Positions 5,759-14,037 of a stretch of DNA of 14,037 bases are shown piece after piece. Source of the DNA: an archaeon (GTDB lineage Archaea; EX4484-52; B79-G9); contig JBDRKP010000016.1 of the NCBI GenBank assembly GCA_043813875.1, positions 1-14,037 on the forward strand, written 5' to 3'. A program made the position numbers and the translations under genes. The notes under the pieces were generated by a model. The model saw only the letters and a list, made by a program, of their open reading frames with translations, was not told the DNA's origin and ran no database searches. Within the stretch, counting starts at the first letter, position 1; every line of letters begins with the position of its first letter.

Positions 5759-6466
5759 TTAGTCTTTTATGTCTATGACCTGTATGTGGATGAAGTCTTC
5801 GCCGCTTTCTAGTGTTATCTTTATTGTGTAGTTGATTGTTGCGGTGTTGATGATGTTGTAGATTGTGGCGCGTGCGATGTCGTTTCCTTCTTCTTCTGCG
5901 TAGTTGTAGCCGGTGCCTGAAAGAGCGCTGCCGTCGATGTGGATTGTGATGTTGTCTGTGATTGCCTGGTTCCTGTCTTTGAAGTTGATGCCGTCTATTA
6001 GGAAGTCAGGGTTCATGGATGCCGGATTTGTGGGGGAGCCATATTTGGTGATGTTCACGAGCAGATGCTCGTTTTCGAGATAATAGTGAGTAGAATCATT
6101 ATATAGGCTTGCGTTTGTGTTGGATGTGAACCAGAGGTTTCCGATTCTTCTTTTGGTTCTCGGGGAGATTATTTCTGCGTTGGTGTCTATCTCGTAATAT
6201 ATCCTGTTGCTGTCGCCGTCAATTGTCAGTTTTCCTCCTTTTACCTGTATCGGCAGGATTCTTGTGGAGCCGGGACCTTCTGATGCTATGTCTCTTATCA
6301 CCCTGTCGATTGTTGCGAGCGTATCTTTTGACTGGTCTATTGCGATGCTGTCTTTCATGTCATTGATCCTTGGGGTGGAAAGCTGGATGACGAGTATTAC
6401 CGCTGCCAGGCCTATGGCGATGAACAATACACCTCCAATCATTTCAGAGACTGCTTTTTTTTTCAT
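5759..6466 (-). CDS. Archaeal type IV pilin-like protein with class III signal peptide
   Basis: MKKKA|VSEMIGGVLFIAIGLAAVILVI is a basic leader, cleavage site and hydrophobic helix. It is followed by an amphipathic helix and the EGPGSTR motif seen in archaeal pilin-like proteins. Confidence 0.8.
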   Translation of the reverse strand: MKKKAVSEMIGGVLFIAIGLAAVILVIQLSTPRINDMKDSIAIDQSKDTLATIDRVIRDIASEGPGSTRILPIQVKGGKLTIDGDSNRIYYEIDTNAEIISPRTKRRIGNLWFTSNTNASLYNDSTHYYLENEHLLVNITKYGSPTNPASMNPDFLIDGINFKDRNQAITDNITIHIDGSALSGTGYNYAEEEGNDIARATIYNIINTATINYTIKITLESGEDFIHIQVIDIKD

Positions 6467-6515
6467 CTTATCAGCTTTATTGTTTTTATGATTTTGTTTT
6501 GTTTTCTTACGTATA

Positions 6516-7133
6516 TCAATTTATCTGGTAATTCTTCCATGTCTCGCCCGGTGATTCCATGTTCAGGTCGAGGATGGAGAATACTCTTTTTTTTGTGCTG
6601 AGCGTGTGGTTCATGGTTTTCATTTCGTTGCTTGAGTCTGTGTATGTGAAATTATAGTTGAAGATGATGTCGTTTCCGACTGGTGCGAAATGGAATGTGG
6701 TGAAGTTCCTGTCGTCCATGTGCAGGTTCTGTAGCTGATTGTTCTCTACTGAAATATTGAGGTTTTTCATGGGGACCCCGAGGAAATTGGCGATGGTTAT
6801 GTTCAAGTCACTATTGTACGGCATGCCGATGATGTAGAAGCCGCTTAGTTTTGAGTTGTGTTCGTTGGCATATTGCCTTAAAAATTCGATGTATATCTTC
6901 AGATTGCTGGTCAGGTGTTCCGAGGTGTGGTTTTCGCTTAGGATCACGTTTATTGCGCTTTGGGATTCTTTCTCTATGTTTCCGAACAGTTCCTTGTTGC
7001 TATAACTGGTTTCTGTTATGTCTTTTGATTCGGCTGTCATGAGTATGATTGTTGATATGCTTATAATCAAAATAAGCGATGTTATCAGCAGCCATTGTCC
7101 TTTTCTTTTTTTCATGCCATCACTTATTTCCAT
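6516..7133 (-). CDS. Archaeal pilin-like protein with class III signal peptide; likely start is the ATG at 7115
   Basis: MKKRKG|QWLLITSLILIISISTIILM is a KG|Q cleavage motif plus hydrophobic helix. An SD-like GTGAT precedes the ATG at 7115, and there are many NxS/T sequons. Confidence 0.8.
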   Translation of the reverse strand: MEISDGMKKRKGQWLLITSLILIISISTIILMTAESKDITETSYSNKELFGNIEKESQSAINVILSENHTSEHLTSNLKIYIEFLRQYANEHNSKLSGFYIIGMPYNSDLNITIANFLGVPMKNLNISVENNQLQNLHMDDRNFTTFHFAPVGNDIIFNYNFTYTDSSNEMKTMNHTLSTKKRVFSILDLNMESPGETWKNYQIN

Positions 7134-7819
7134 AAATATACTTCGATGATTGTGGGCTGGAAGTTGCCTTCTTTTCCTGAGAGGATGTATGTTGCGACTC
7201 CTATTGCCTTGTCTTCTGGTATGGGGGATAGTATCTGTTGGTTGTTGATGTTCAGTATGTATTCGACTGTTGCGTTGTTTGCTGTCTTGATCTCGATTTT
7301 ATTTTCGCCGTCTATTGTGCCTGATGTTATGTCCAGTCTTGCCGATAGGCCTGAGTAGTCGCCGTCATGTGAAAATACCCCGATTGAATTAGTGTAGATA
7401 CGGGGATTTGTGGCGTTGATGAAGTTAAGGGTGAGGGATGCATATCTGAAATCAGTGATGTTTACGATATAGCTTATGTTTGTGCCATTATAAAATTCTT
7501 TCGGGTATAGCATGCCATAGCTTGAGTTGATTTTTGAGATACCGACGGTATAGTTTATGTTTGAGGATATAGTGTTGTTCAATGCGCTTTTGATTGCGGC
7601 AAGGTCTGTTGTGTTGCCGGCCATATATTCGTCCAGTATGCCGCTATTATCCATATTTTTTATCGAGAGCATGACGAAGTTCCTTGTTGATTTGCTTATC
7701 CTGTCTTCTGATGGGGTATGGGGAATGACGTAGAAGAGGAATGCCAGTAAGACGAAGATGCTTAGCGCTCCTTCCAGGGTCTTCATATATCCTTTTTTGA
7801 TCTTTATCACTCCATCCAT
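7124..7819 (-). CDS. Archaeal pilin-like protein with class III signal peptide; start uncertain (ATG 7819 or GTG 7810)
   Basis: KIKKG|YMKTLEGALSIFVLLAFLFYVI at the N-terminus and a C-terminal strand FQPTIIEVYLWK. It overlaps the upstream giant gene, consistent with an operon. Confidence 0.78.
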   Translation of the reverse strand: MDGVIKIKKGYMKTLEGALSIFVLLAFLFYVIPHTPSEDRISKSTRNFVMLSIKNMDNSGILDEYMAGNTTDLAAIKSALNNTISSNINYTVGISKINSSYGMLYPKEFYNGTNISYIVNITDFRYASLTLNFINATNPRIYTNSIGVFSHDGDYSGLSARLDITSGTIDGENKIEIKTANNATVEYILNINNQQILSPIPEDKAIGVATYILSGKEGNFQPTIIEVYLWK

Positions 7820-10800
7820 GTGTATATCTTGACTATTCTCTGGCTGGTTCTTCCGTATCTGTCGATTACTGTGATGGGGTATCGAGTTACGTAGACGTTC
7901 TTGTTTTTTGGTGTCTGTTCTTGTATGATAATCTCGATATCTTCTTCATATAATAGCGAAACCTGTGGTGAATCGAATCTGAGCCAGATCCTGTATTCGC
8001 CTGTCGTTATGCCTCTTTCTGGGCCAACTACGCGCCAGTTGCATTCTATGTCTATGTTGTTGTTGAATGCTATTGATGGTTCTGTGACGTTGCAGGCTAG
8101 CGTGCCTACTTTGTTTCCTATATGGTCTACTATTGAGCCGCTCAGGTTTCCTGAGACGGGGACGTTTCCTATGTTCTCTATTGTGCCGTCGACCACTAAT
8201 ATGTCGCCTGTGGTCAGTTTTTTCTTGTTGATGCTCATATTTACAAAGTCGACGTAATAGGATTCCAATATCTTCAGGTCTTGTGAAGTTGTTGTGTTTA
8301 TGCCGTTACAGTTCGTGTTGTTCCAGGAGATGGTCACATCTACTGTGTAGTTTCCTATCTGCTCGCGGGACGGGACAGAGATGCCTGAGTTCACAATTTT
8401 AGGGTTGTCCTTAACTAAAGTGCCTAATGTGTAGTGGTTATCAATAATGCTCCATGGGCCGTATATCGATGGTCCTCCGGTCTGGCTTATGCTGACGTTC
8501 ACACCATTTGCGTCGCTGTCTGTGCTTGTGATGTTCATCCATAAGGTTGTATATTCCATTGTGTGGATGCTGTTTGGTGCAAAGTAGGCGTTTACGTTGA
8601 TTCCGATTGTCGTGGTGGCGTCTGCACTATAGTTTGACTCTTCGTAGCATGATTTTTGGCCGATTACGCTAAGCGGGATAGAGCAGTATGTCTGTGAATT
8701 CAGGGGGTCGCATGTGTAGTTGTATCTGGATTTTGCAGGATTATAGTTCATTATTGCATTTTCGACGTTGCATGTGCCGGTGAGCGAGATGTTTAATAAA
8801 AGGTTTGCGTATCCTATGTATGCATTGTTGATTGTGTCGTTGTATGTGCAGTATATGTTGATTATTCCACTGGTCTGTTCGAACCAGCAGTCGACTTTTG
8901 TTGTAAGTGGTGAGACGTCGAATTGCTGTGTGGTGTTGGATTCGCTTAGTACGCTAAATTCTGCGGATGTGTTTAGGTACATTGTTTCTGTTTCGTCTAT
9001 GCATCCAAGGTAGAATGAGGCGTTTGCATGGCCGTTGGTTATGTTAGAGGCTGTCGAGTTGATTGTTGATGTTGCGTTTTTCAGTTCGATTGTCGCGTTT
9101 GCGCTGTCTACCAAGCTGTTGTTTGCCTGAAAGTAAATGTTCACTATTGGTTCTATATTCTGGAATGAATAGTATGCTGGCTTTATACTGGTGATATTGT
9201 AGATCAACAGCAGGTCATCTATTACTGAGATGGTTGCGTTTTGATAATAGTTGCTGTTGTTTATGTTGTTTGTGGCGTTTATGTGGAAGTAGAGTTTGCC
9301 TATGCCTGTGGTTGTGTTTGGATTGTAGAATGCGCAGTGTTTCTCTGGTTCCGGGGTGGAGCATTGGATTGTGTCCATGATTGTCTGGTTCAGGATTGTT
9401 CCGTATGGCTGTTCTGTTATCAACTCGACTGATTTCACACCGCTACCGCTGCTGTTCACAAAGCATGATGTTTCGATGGATATTGATGTTTTTGTGTCGT
9501 TGTCTATCATGTAGGGGGCGCTTGTGCAGTTCGAGATTGCCGGGAGTGTTGTGTCAATCCTGATGAGTGTCGTGTTTTTTGTGACCTCGTAGTTGCCGGC
9601 TGTGTCGTTTGACCGGTATCTGATGTAGCCTTTGCATATTGAGTATTGCAGGCATGTGAATTCCGGCAGGTTGCCTGTCATGTCCGGTGTGCAGTCGTTT
9701 GTCTCGTCGTCTATGCAGTACATTGTGGTGTTGCAGCCTGATGCTGCGTCAGAGCAGGAGAGAAGGATTGTCTGGTTGTTATCTTTCCAGTCGCTTGTTA
9801 TGTTGTCTGAAGTTGCCGGCGGGATTGTGTCTATCTTGAATAAGATAGTGTCTGATGTTTTTGTGTTTTTTGTGTCGTCAATGCAGGTTATGTTTGCGTA
9901 GTGGTTTAGTTCAGATAAGCTTGCCATGATTGTTGTGTTTTGGGTTTCGTCTGGTATGAGTCCTAAATATTCGTTGATGTTGTCGATTGTTCTGTTGCAT
10001 TCTATGAGTGTGTCTATGTTGTCTTCGACATAGAATGTCAGGTTCAGTGTTGATGTGTTGTACCAGGTGTCGTTTGTCGGATATAGGATGTTAATGTTGG
10101 GTGATGTTGTGTCGATTGTCAATGTTCTTGTTTCTGTCTGGTTTACGTTGCCTGCAGAGTCGTTGATCCACAAGTAGTATGTGTATACGCCATCTGCAAG
10201 ATCTGTCTTGTTTATGTAATTGACGGACATTGTTGTATTTGTGCCATTCCAGGATATTATTGTGGTATGTATGTTCTGCTCTTCTATTGTCCAGTTAAGG
10301 TATGAGTAGTTTTGGCTGATATTTGCATTTTTTTCTGGTGTGGGATATACGAACTCCATTTTAGGTGGTATGTTGTCATAGGTGAACCAGATGTCTGTGT
10401 ATGCTGTGTTGTTCAGGGTGTCATTGCATGTGATTCTTATGTCGTATCGCTGGTCTGCCATCGGGCTTGTGTTTGCAAAGCTGTACGGGCTAGTTGTAAT
10501 GATATTTGTATAAGCGCTTGAATTTGTCCATATTATCTCGATGTTCGTGTTGTCGGTGCAGGTACCGTTGAGGGGTGGAGCGTAATTGAAATATGCATTA
10601 TTCGGTGGGAATGTGTTGGCTATTACGGGCGGACTGTTGTCTATTGTTATTGTTCCCGGCGGGTTGAAGTATGGGCTTTCGTCATATGAGTCGGTTGCAT
10701 TGCATCTTATGTCCACCCCTGATGCTGATGGATATGATGAGATGTCCCAATCGTATATCCCGTCCGGGTCTGATGTGTTGAGGCTCTGCCATGTGCCTGT

Positions 10801-13800
10801 CCTGTTTGTCTCTATGTTGTATTTGACTGTATCTTCAGAGTTTGGGTCAGTTGATCCAGAGCAGTTTATTGTGATTGTGTAGTTGTCGCCGCCGTACAGG
10901 CCTGTTGTGGGCGTCAGTGTTGTTGGTATTGTCGGCGGTGTGTTTGGCACGGTTGCGGTATCGTTTGCGGAATCTACAGTATCAGTTCCGTCGTATACAT
11001 GGAACCTGCAGGTCCACATGCCTTTTGCACCCACAACATTATTCACAGTTGCGGTGTATGTATCTGTGTTCTGTGCTGGTGCTCCGTTGTTTGATTCGTT
11101 ATAGTTCGGTGCGGCTTCAGATTTTGTCTGGTCCCAAATGTCGTAGGTCACAGTGAGGCTGTCGAAGTCAGCGTCGGTAATAGTCGAATTGCATGTAATC
11201 GAGTCTCCTATATAGAACACACTAGTGTTGAACTGTGCAGGTGAGACAGCCGGCAGAGTATTATTCACCGTGAACACCTGTATGCCTGTGCTGTTTGTGT
11301 TGCCCACAGAGTCGTTCGCATATATGATCCATCCAATGTCTTTTCCCTGCGTCGAGAATACAGATTTCGTGATATTGCTCCACTCGGTGAGGCCTGCAGT
11401 CGTATTTGTCCAGACTCCGGAGTCGTTCCAGCTGAAAGTGTAGGTTTGCAGTCCTGCTGATCCGATGTCGCTCCAGAATGCGTAGAACAATACAGAGTCA
11501 TTAACCTTGATGTCGGTGTCGTTTATCCCGAGGTTACTGAATTGCGGTGGACTGTTGTCTGCATCCACAGTGTCTGTATATTCGGTTGAGTTGTCGTAGC
11601 TGTCGTCCAGGCGGCAGTATATAGTGTGCGTCCCAGTGTCGGTCCATGCGTTGATGAAGCCGCATGTGGCTTCTGTTCCTGCTGGAGTTGATGCTGAATT
11701 GCACAAGTCTTCTGATTCTGATGATGAGCCGCATCTCAATACATATGGGTCTCCGTCATTGTCGTCTGCGTTCTGTGTTGTGATATTTACCGGTTGCCCG
11801 TTTGCGACAACGGATTGCGTGATTGTCACACCTGTCATTGTCGGCCTGTCATTTATCCTGAATCTTCTTACCCATGACCCGCTGTTTCCTGCGTAGTCGC
11901 TTGCGTTCATCATCATCGTGTAGTTTCCCGGCAGCCATGACGTTATGTCTATCGGGTATGTCATATTGTACCATTCTATGTATGTCTCTGAGTCGCTTAT
12001 TATTCCACTCAGGTTCTGATGAACGATGTAACCTGTGCTGTTTCTTATCGTCAGGTTGACTTCGATCAGGTGGTCGTTTTCTGCCCTCACATCCATATTG
12101 AATGTGTCGTTCCAGTCCGGCTGGACAGTGCTGTTGTCTGCCTCGGGGTAATAGAAGTGGGGCACCGGATTCACGTTGTCTATATAGACCTTGTACTGTG
12201 TGCTTTTGATTTCTGCAAGCGACATATCCGTGCAGTTCACATACCATTCTATGTCTTCTATATGTTGGCCGGGCCCTACAGCGTATGTCACATTGTTTGT
12301 CAGTTGCGGCATCGTCTCGTTGTATAGCAATGTCCATCCTGTCCCATTGTCTTTCCACAGTTCGCAGTAGTCGACGTCTGATATTCCATCTGCGTCGGTT
12401 ATATTGTATGTGAAATTGAATATGTTTCTTCTGTAGTCGTGGTCGGTTGGTGTCAGGAGTATTATCTGTGGGTCGCTGTTGAGGACGACTTCTGAGTCGC
12501 TTACAAGTGAAGAATTTGCGTCGCTTGTAGTTGCCTTTGCCCAGCAGAATGTTGTGTCTTCCTTGTCGCATCCCGGGCTGTTGCAGTCGTATGTGTCTGT
12601 TGTTGACCAGTCCTGCAGGGTGCCTGCTGTCTTGTTGAATTTGTAGTAATATGTTATCGGGTCGTTGTCGTCGTCTGTTGATCCGCCCGCAGAGCATGTT
12701 ATTGTGGTGTTGGTGTAGACTGCACCGGCGGGCTGCATGTTGATCGTGGCCGGTGCAGTGGGTGGCGTGTTCTCTATGGTTGCTGTGTTGGATGAATTAT
12801 ACCATGTCGACCATTCATATGTGTCGAACACTCTTACCGAGCAGTTGATTGTGGCTCCTTTTCCCAACCCTGGAGTTGACAGGTCCAGAGTCAGTCCATT
12901 TTGTCCTGCAATAATCTCCGTATTATTGTACCATCTGTATTCCCTGTTTTGCTCTGAATCTTCCTGGTCGTTGTCATTGAAGTTTCCGTTTGTACAGTTT
13001 AGCACATCGTTTGTTCTTGGTATCGTGTCGTTTAGATATGGTTGTGGGTTGATTGTCGGGATCTGGTTTTTGACTGTGAACCTTATGATTGTGCCATTTC
13101 CTATATTTCCCAGGCTATCGTTTGCGAAATATTGCCATGTTACGTTGTCGTGTGCCGTGTAGTTGCTTGATGTTAGTGTTATGTGGTATTCTGTGCTTGT
13201 GTTTTCGGATACAGTGTAGTTGTTGAATACAGAGTCATTTAGGGTTACTCTGACCCATACAGTGTCTATCTGTGATTGGCTGTCTGTTATTGTTGCGTTA
13301 ATCTGTATGGTTTCATCTTCGTTTGGCACTGATGTATTTGTCTCTCCTGAGATTGTAGGGTTTGTATTATCTACTAATATTTCGCCTATGGAGTAATTTG
13401 TGAAGTAAGAATAACTGTCGCTTGCATTGCACCAGATGTAATATGTATCCGAAACCCATGAACTCATGTCACATATTTCGCTGCTGTCGTCTGGAGTATC
13501 TTCGAAGCATGTATAAGTCTTATCGAGTCCTGTGTTATCTATATCTCCATAACAGCTTATTGTCAGTGTGTCCTCATCGTCTGAGTCCTGTGCGTTCCAT
13601 GTGATGATGTATGTGTCAGTTGTCTTGTCATCTACTCCGTCAGGTTCTGTTATGGTGATTGTCGGTATCTGGTTTGCTACAGTGAATTGCTGGATTGAAC
13701 TGAAGTTATTGTTATTGAGAGTATCGTTTGCGAACCACCTGTATGTCAATGTGTCGTGTGCAGTGTAATTTCCGGGAATTATTGTGAAATAGTATTCATT

Positions 13801-14037
13801 GCTGCTGTTTGTCGTGATGGTATAGTTCGTGGTGCCGTTCCATTCGAGTATCACTTTGTCTATCCTTATCTCGGCTATGGTTATGTTTATCTCTAAGTCC
13901 TGTTCTTCATTCGGCGGATCAGGATATCTCTTATCGTCTGAGAATGTCGGTTTTGTGTTGTCAATTGTGATGGTTCCCGGCGGGTTGAAGTAAGCAGTAG
14001 AGTCGTAATCGTCTGTTGCGTTACATCTTATGTCCAC
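7807..14037 (-). CDS. Giant secreted surface/adhesin protein (>2076 aa; 5' end lies beyond the right edge) with tandem Ig-like/cadherin-like repeats and a CARDB-like domain near the C-terminus
   Basis: Uninterrupted 6.2-kb ORF rich in T/N/D/S/C. It has repeated ~100-aa beta-sandwich units ending in (I/V)DNxxP or NxxPxI, ANDSxGN motifs, DxDxD motifs and GDILVVDGTIENIGN. The GTG at 14037 is an edge artefact. Confidence 0.9.
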   Translation of the reverse strand: MDIRCNATDDYDSTAYFNPPGTITIDNTKPTFSDDKRYPDPPNEEQDLEINITIAEIRIDKVILEWNGTTNYTITTNSSNEYYFTIIPGNYTAHDTLTYRWFANDTLNNNNFSSIQQFTVANQIPTITITEPDGVDDKTTDTYIITWNAQDSDDEDTLTISCYGDIDNTGLDKTYTCFEDTPDDSSEICDMSSWVSDTYYIWCNASDSYSYFTNYSIGEILVDNTNPTISGETNTSVPNEDETIQINATITDSQSQIDTVWVRVTLNDSVFNNYTVSENTSTEYHITLTSSNYTAHDNVTWQYFANDSLGNIGNGTIIRFTVKNQIPTINPQPYLNDTIPRTNDVLNCTNGNFNDNDQEDSEQNREYRWYNNTEIIAGQNGLTLDLSTPGLGKGATINCSVRVFDTYEWSTWYNSSNTATIENTPPTAPATINMQPAGAVYTNTTITCSAGGSTDDDNDPITYYYKFNKTAGTLQDWSTTDTYDCNSPGCDKEDTTFCWAKATTSDANSSLVSDSEVVLNSDPQIILLTPTDHDYRRNIFNFTYNITDADGISDVDYCELWKDNGTGWTLLYNETMPQLTNNVTYAVGPGQHIEDIEWYVNCTDMSLAEIKSTQYKVYIDNVNPVPHFYYPEADNSTVQPDWNDTFNMDVRAENDHLIEVNLTIRNSTGYIVHQNLSGIISDSETYIEWYNMTYPIDITSWLPGNYTMMMNASDYAGNSGSWVRRFRINDRPTMTGVTITQSVVANGQPVNITTQNADDNDGDPYVLRCGSSSESEDLCNSASTPAGTEATCGFINAWTDTGTHTIYCRLDDSYDNSTEYTDTVDADNSPPQFSNLGINDTDIKVNDSVLFYAFWSDIGSAGLQTYTFSWNDSGVWTNTTAGLTEWSNITKSVFSTQGKDIGWIIYANDSVGNTNSTGIQVFTVNNTLPAVSPAQFNTSVFYIGDSITCNSTITDADFDSLTVTYDIWDQTKSEAAPNYNESNNGAPAQNTDTYTATVNNVVGAKGMWTCRFHVYDGTDTVDSANDTATVPNTPPTIPTTLTPTTGLYGGDNYTITINCSGSTDPNSEDTVKYNIETNRTGTWQSLNTSDPDGIYDWDISSYPSASGVDIRCNATDSYDESPYFNPPGTITIDNSPPVIANTFPPNNAYFNYAPPLNGTCTDNTNIEIIWTNSSAYTNIITTSPYSFANTSPMADQRYDIRITCNDTLNNTAYTDIWFTYDNIPPKMEFVYPTPEKNANISQNYSYLNWTIEEQNIHTTIISWNGTNTTMSVNYINKTDLADGVYTYYLWINDSAGNVNQTETRTLTIDTTSPNINILYPTNDTWYNTSTLNLTFYVEDNIDTLIECNRTIDNINEYLGLIPDETQNTTIMASLSELNHYANITCIDDTKNTKTSDTILFKIDTIPPATSDNITSDWKDNNQTILLSCSDAASGCNTTMYCIDDETNDCTPDMTGNLPEFTCLQYSICKGYIRYRSNDTAGNYEVTKNTTLIRIDTTLPAISNCTSAPYMIDNDTKTSISIETSCFVNSSGSGVKSVELITEQPYGTILNQTIMDTIQCSTPEPEKHCAFYNPNTTTGIGKLYFHINATNNINNSNYYQNATISVIDDLLLIYNITSIKPAYYSFQNIEPIVNIYFQANNSLVDSANATIELKNATSTINSTASNITNGHANASFYLGCIDETETMYLNTSAEFSVLSESNTTQQFDVSPLTTKVDCWFEQTSGIINIYCTYNDTINNAYIGYANLLLNISLTGTCNVENAIMNYNPAKSRYNYTCDPLNSQTYCSIPLSVIGQKSCYEESNYSADATTTIGINVNAYFAPNSIHTMEYTTLWMNITSTDSDANGVNVSISQTGGPSIYGPWSIIDNHYTLGTLVKDNPKIVNSGISVPSREQIGNYTVDVTISWNNTNCNGINTTTSQDLKILESYYVDFVNMSINKKKLTTGDILVVDGTIENIGNVPVSGNLSGSIVDHIGNKVGTLACNVTEPSIAFNNNIDIECNWRVVGPERGITTGEYRIWLRFDSPQVSLLYEEDIEIIIQEQTPKNKNVYVTRYPITVIDRYGRTSQRIVKIYTWME

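Noticed and set aside
4485..5762. Arg-rich ORF 4485-5030 (-) and short + strand ORFs over gatD
   Set aside because: Alternate-frame and antisense artefacts of a conserved gene.
7901..13768. Many + strand ORFs and the 282-aa - strand ORF 11849-12697 inside the giant gene
   Set aside because: Off-frame products of biased codon usage; their R/Q/H-rich or V/S-rich compositions are not protein-like.
14035..14037. GTG as the real start of the giant protein
   Set aside because: It is at the window edge and matches an internal Val of a repeated module (VDIRCNAT); no signal peptide follows.

Overview
Archaeal chromosomal window (gatD is archaea-specific; the pilin style suggests a DPANN-like lineage, which is inference). 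Every credible gene is on the minus strand. From right to left: the 3' 6.2 kb of a giant Cys/Asn-rich Ig-like surface protein; three class III signal-peptide (type IV pilin-like) genes; gatD; an AT-rich accessory block; an HD-domain gene; a tandem-duplicated phosphosugar isomerase (SIS/Phi-like) gene; a probable broken NUDIX gene; nadC; and the start of a probable nadX. The most striking feature is in the accessory block. An 811-bp integron-type gene cassette (3302-4112; one ORF plus an 83-bp attC-like hairpin) sits inside a 28-bp dif-like site. Removing it at the G|TT crossover restores ATTGAACTTAA-CAACTA-TTAAATCGAAT, with 11-6-11 geometry. Tandem direct repeats flank the site, and no integrase gene is present in the window. 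All family assignments come from reading motifs by eye; no database searches were run.
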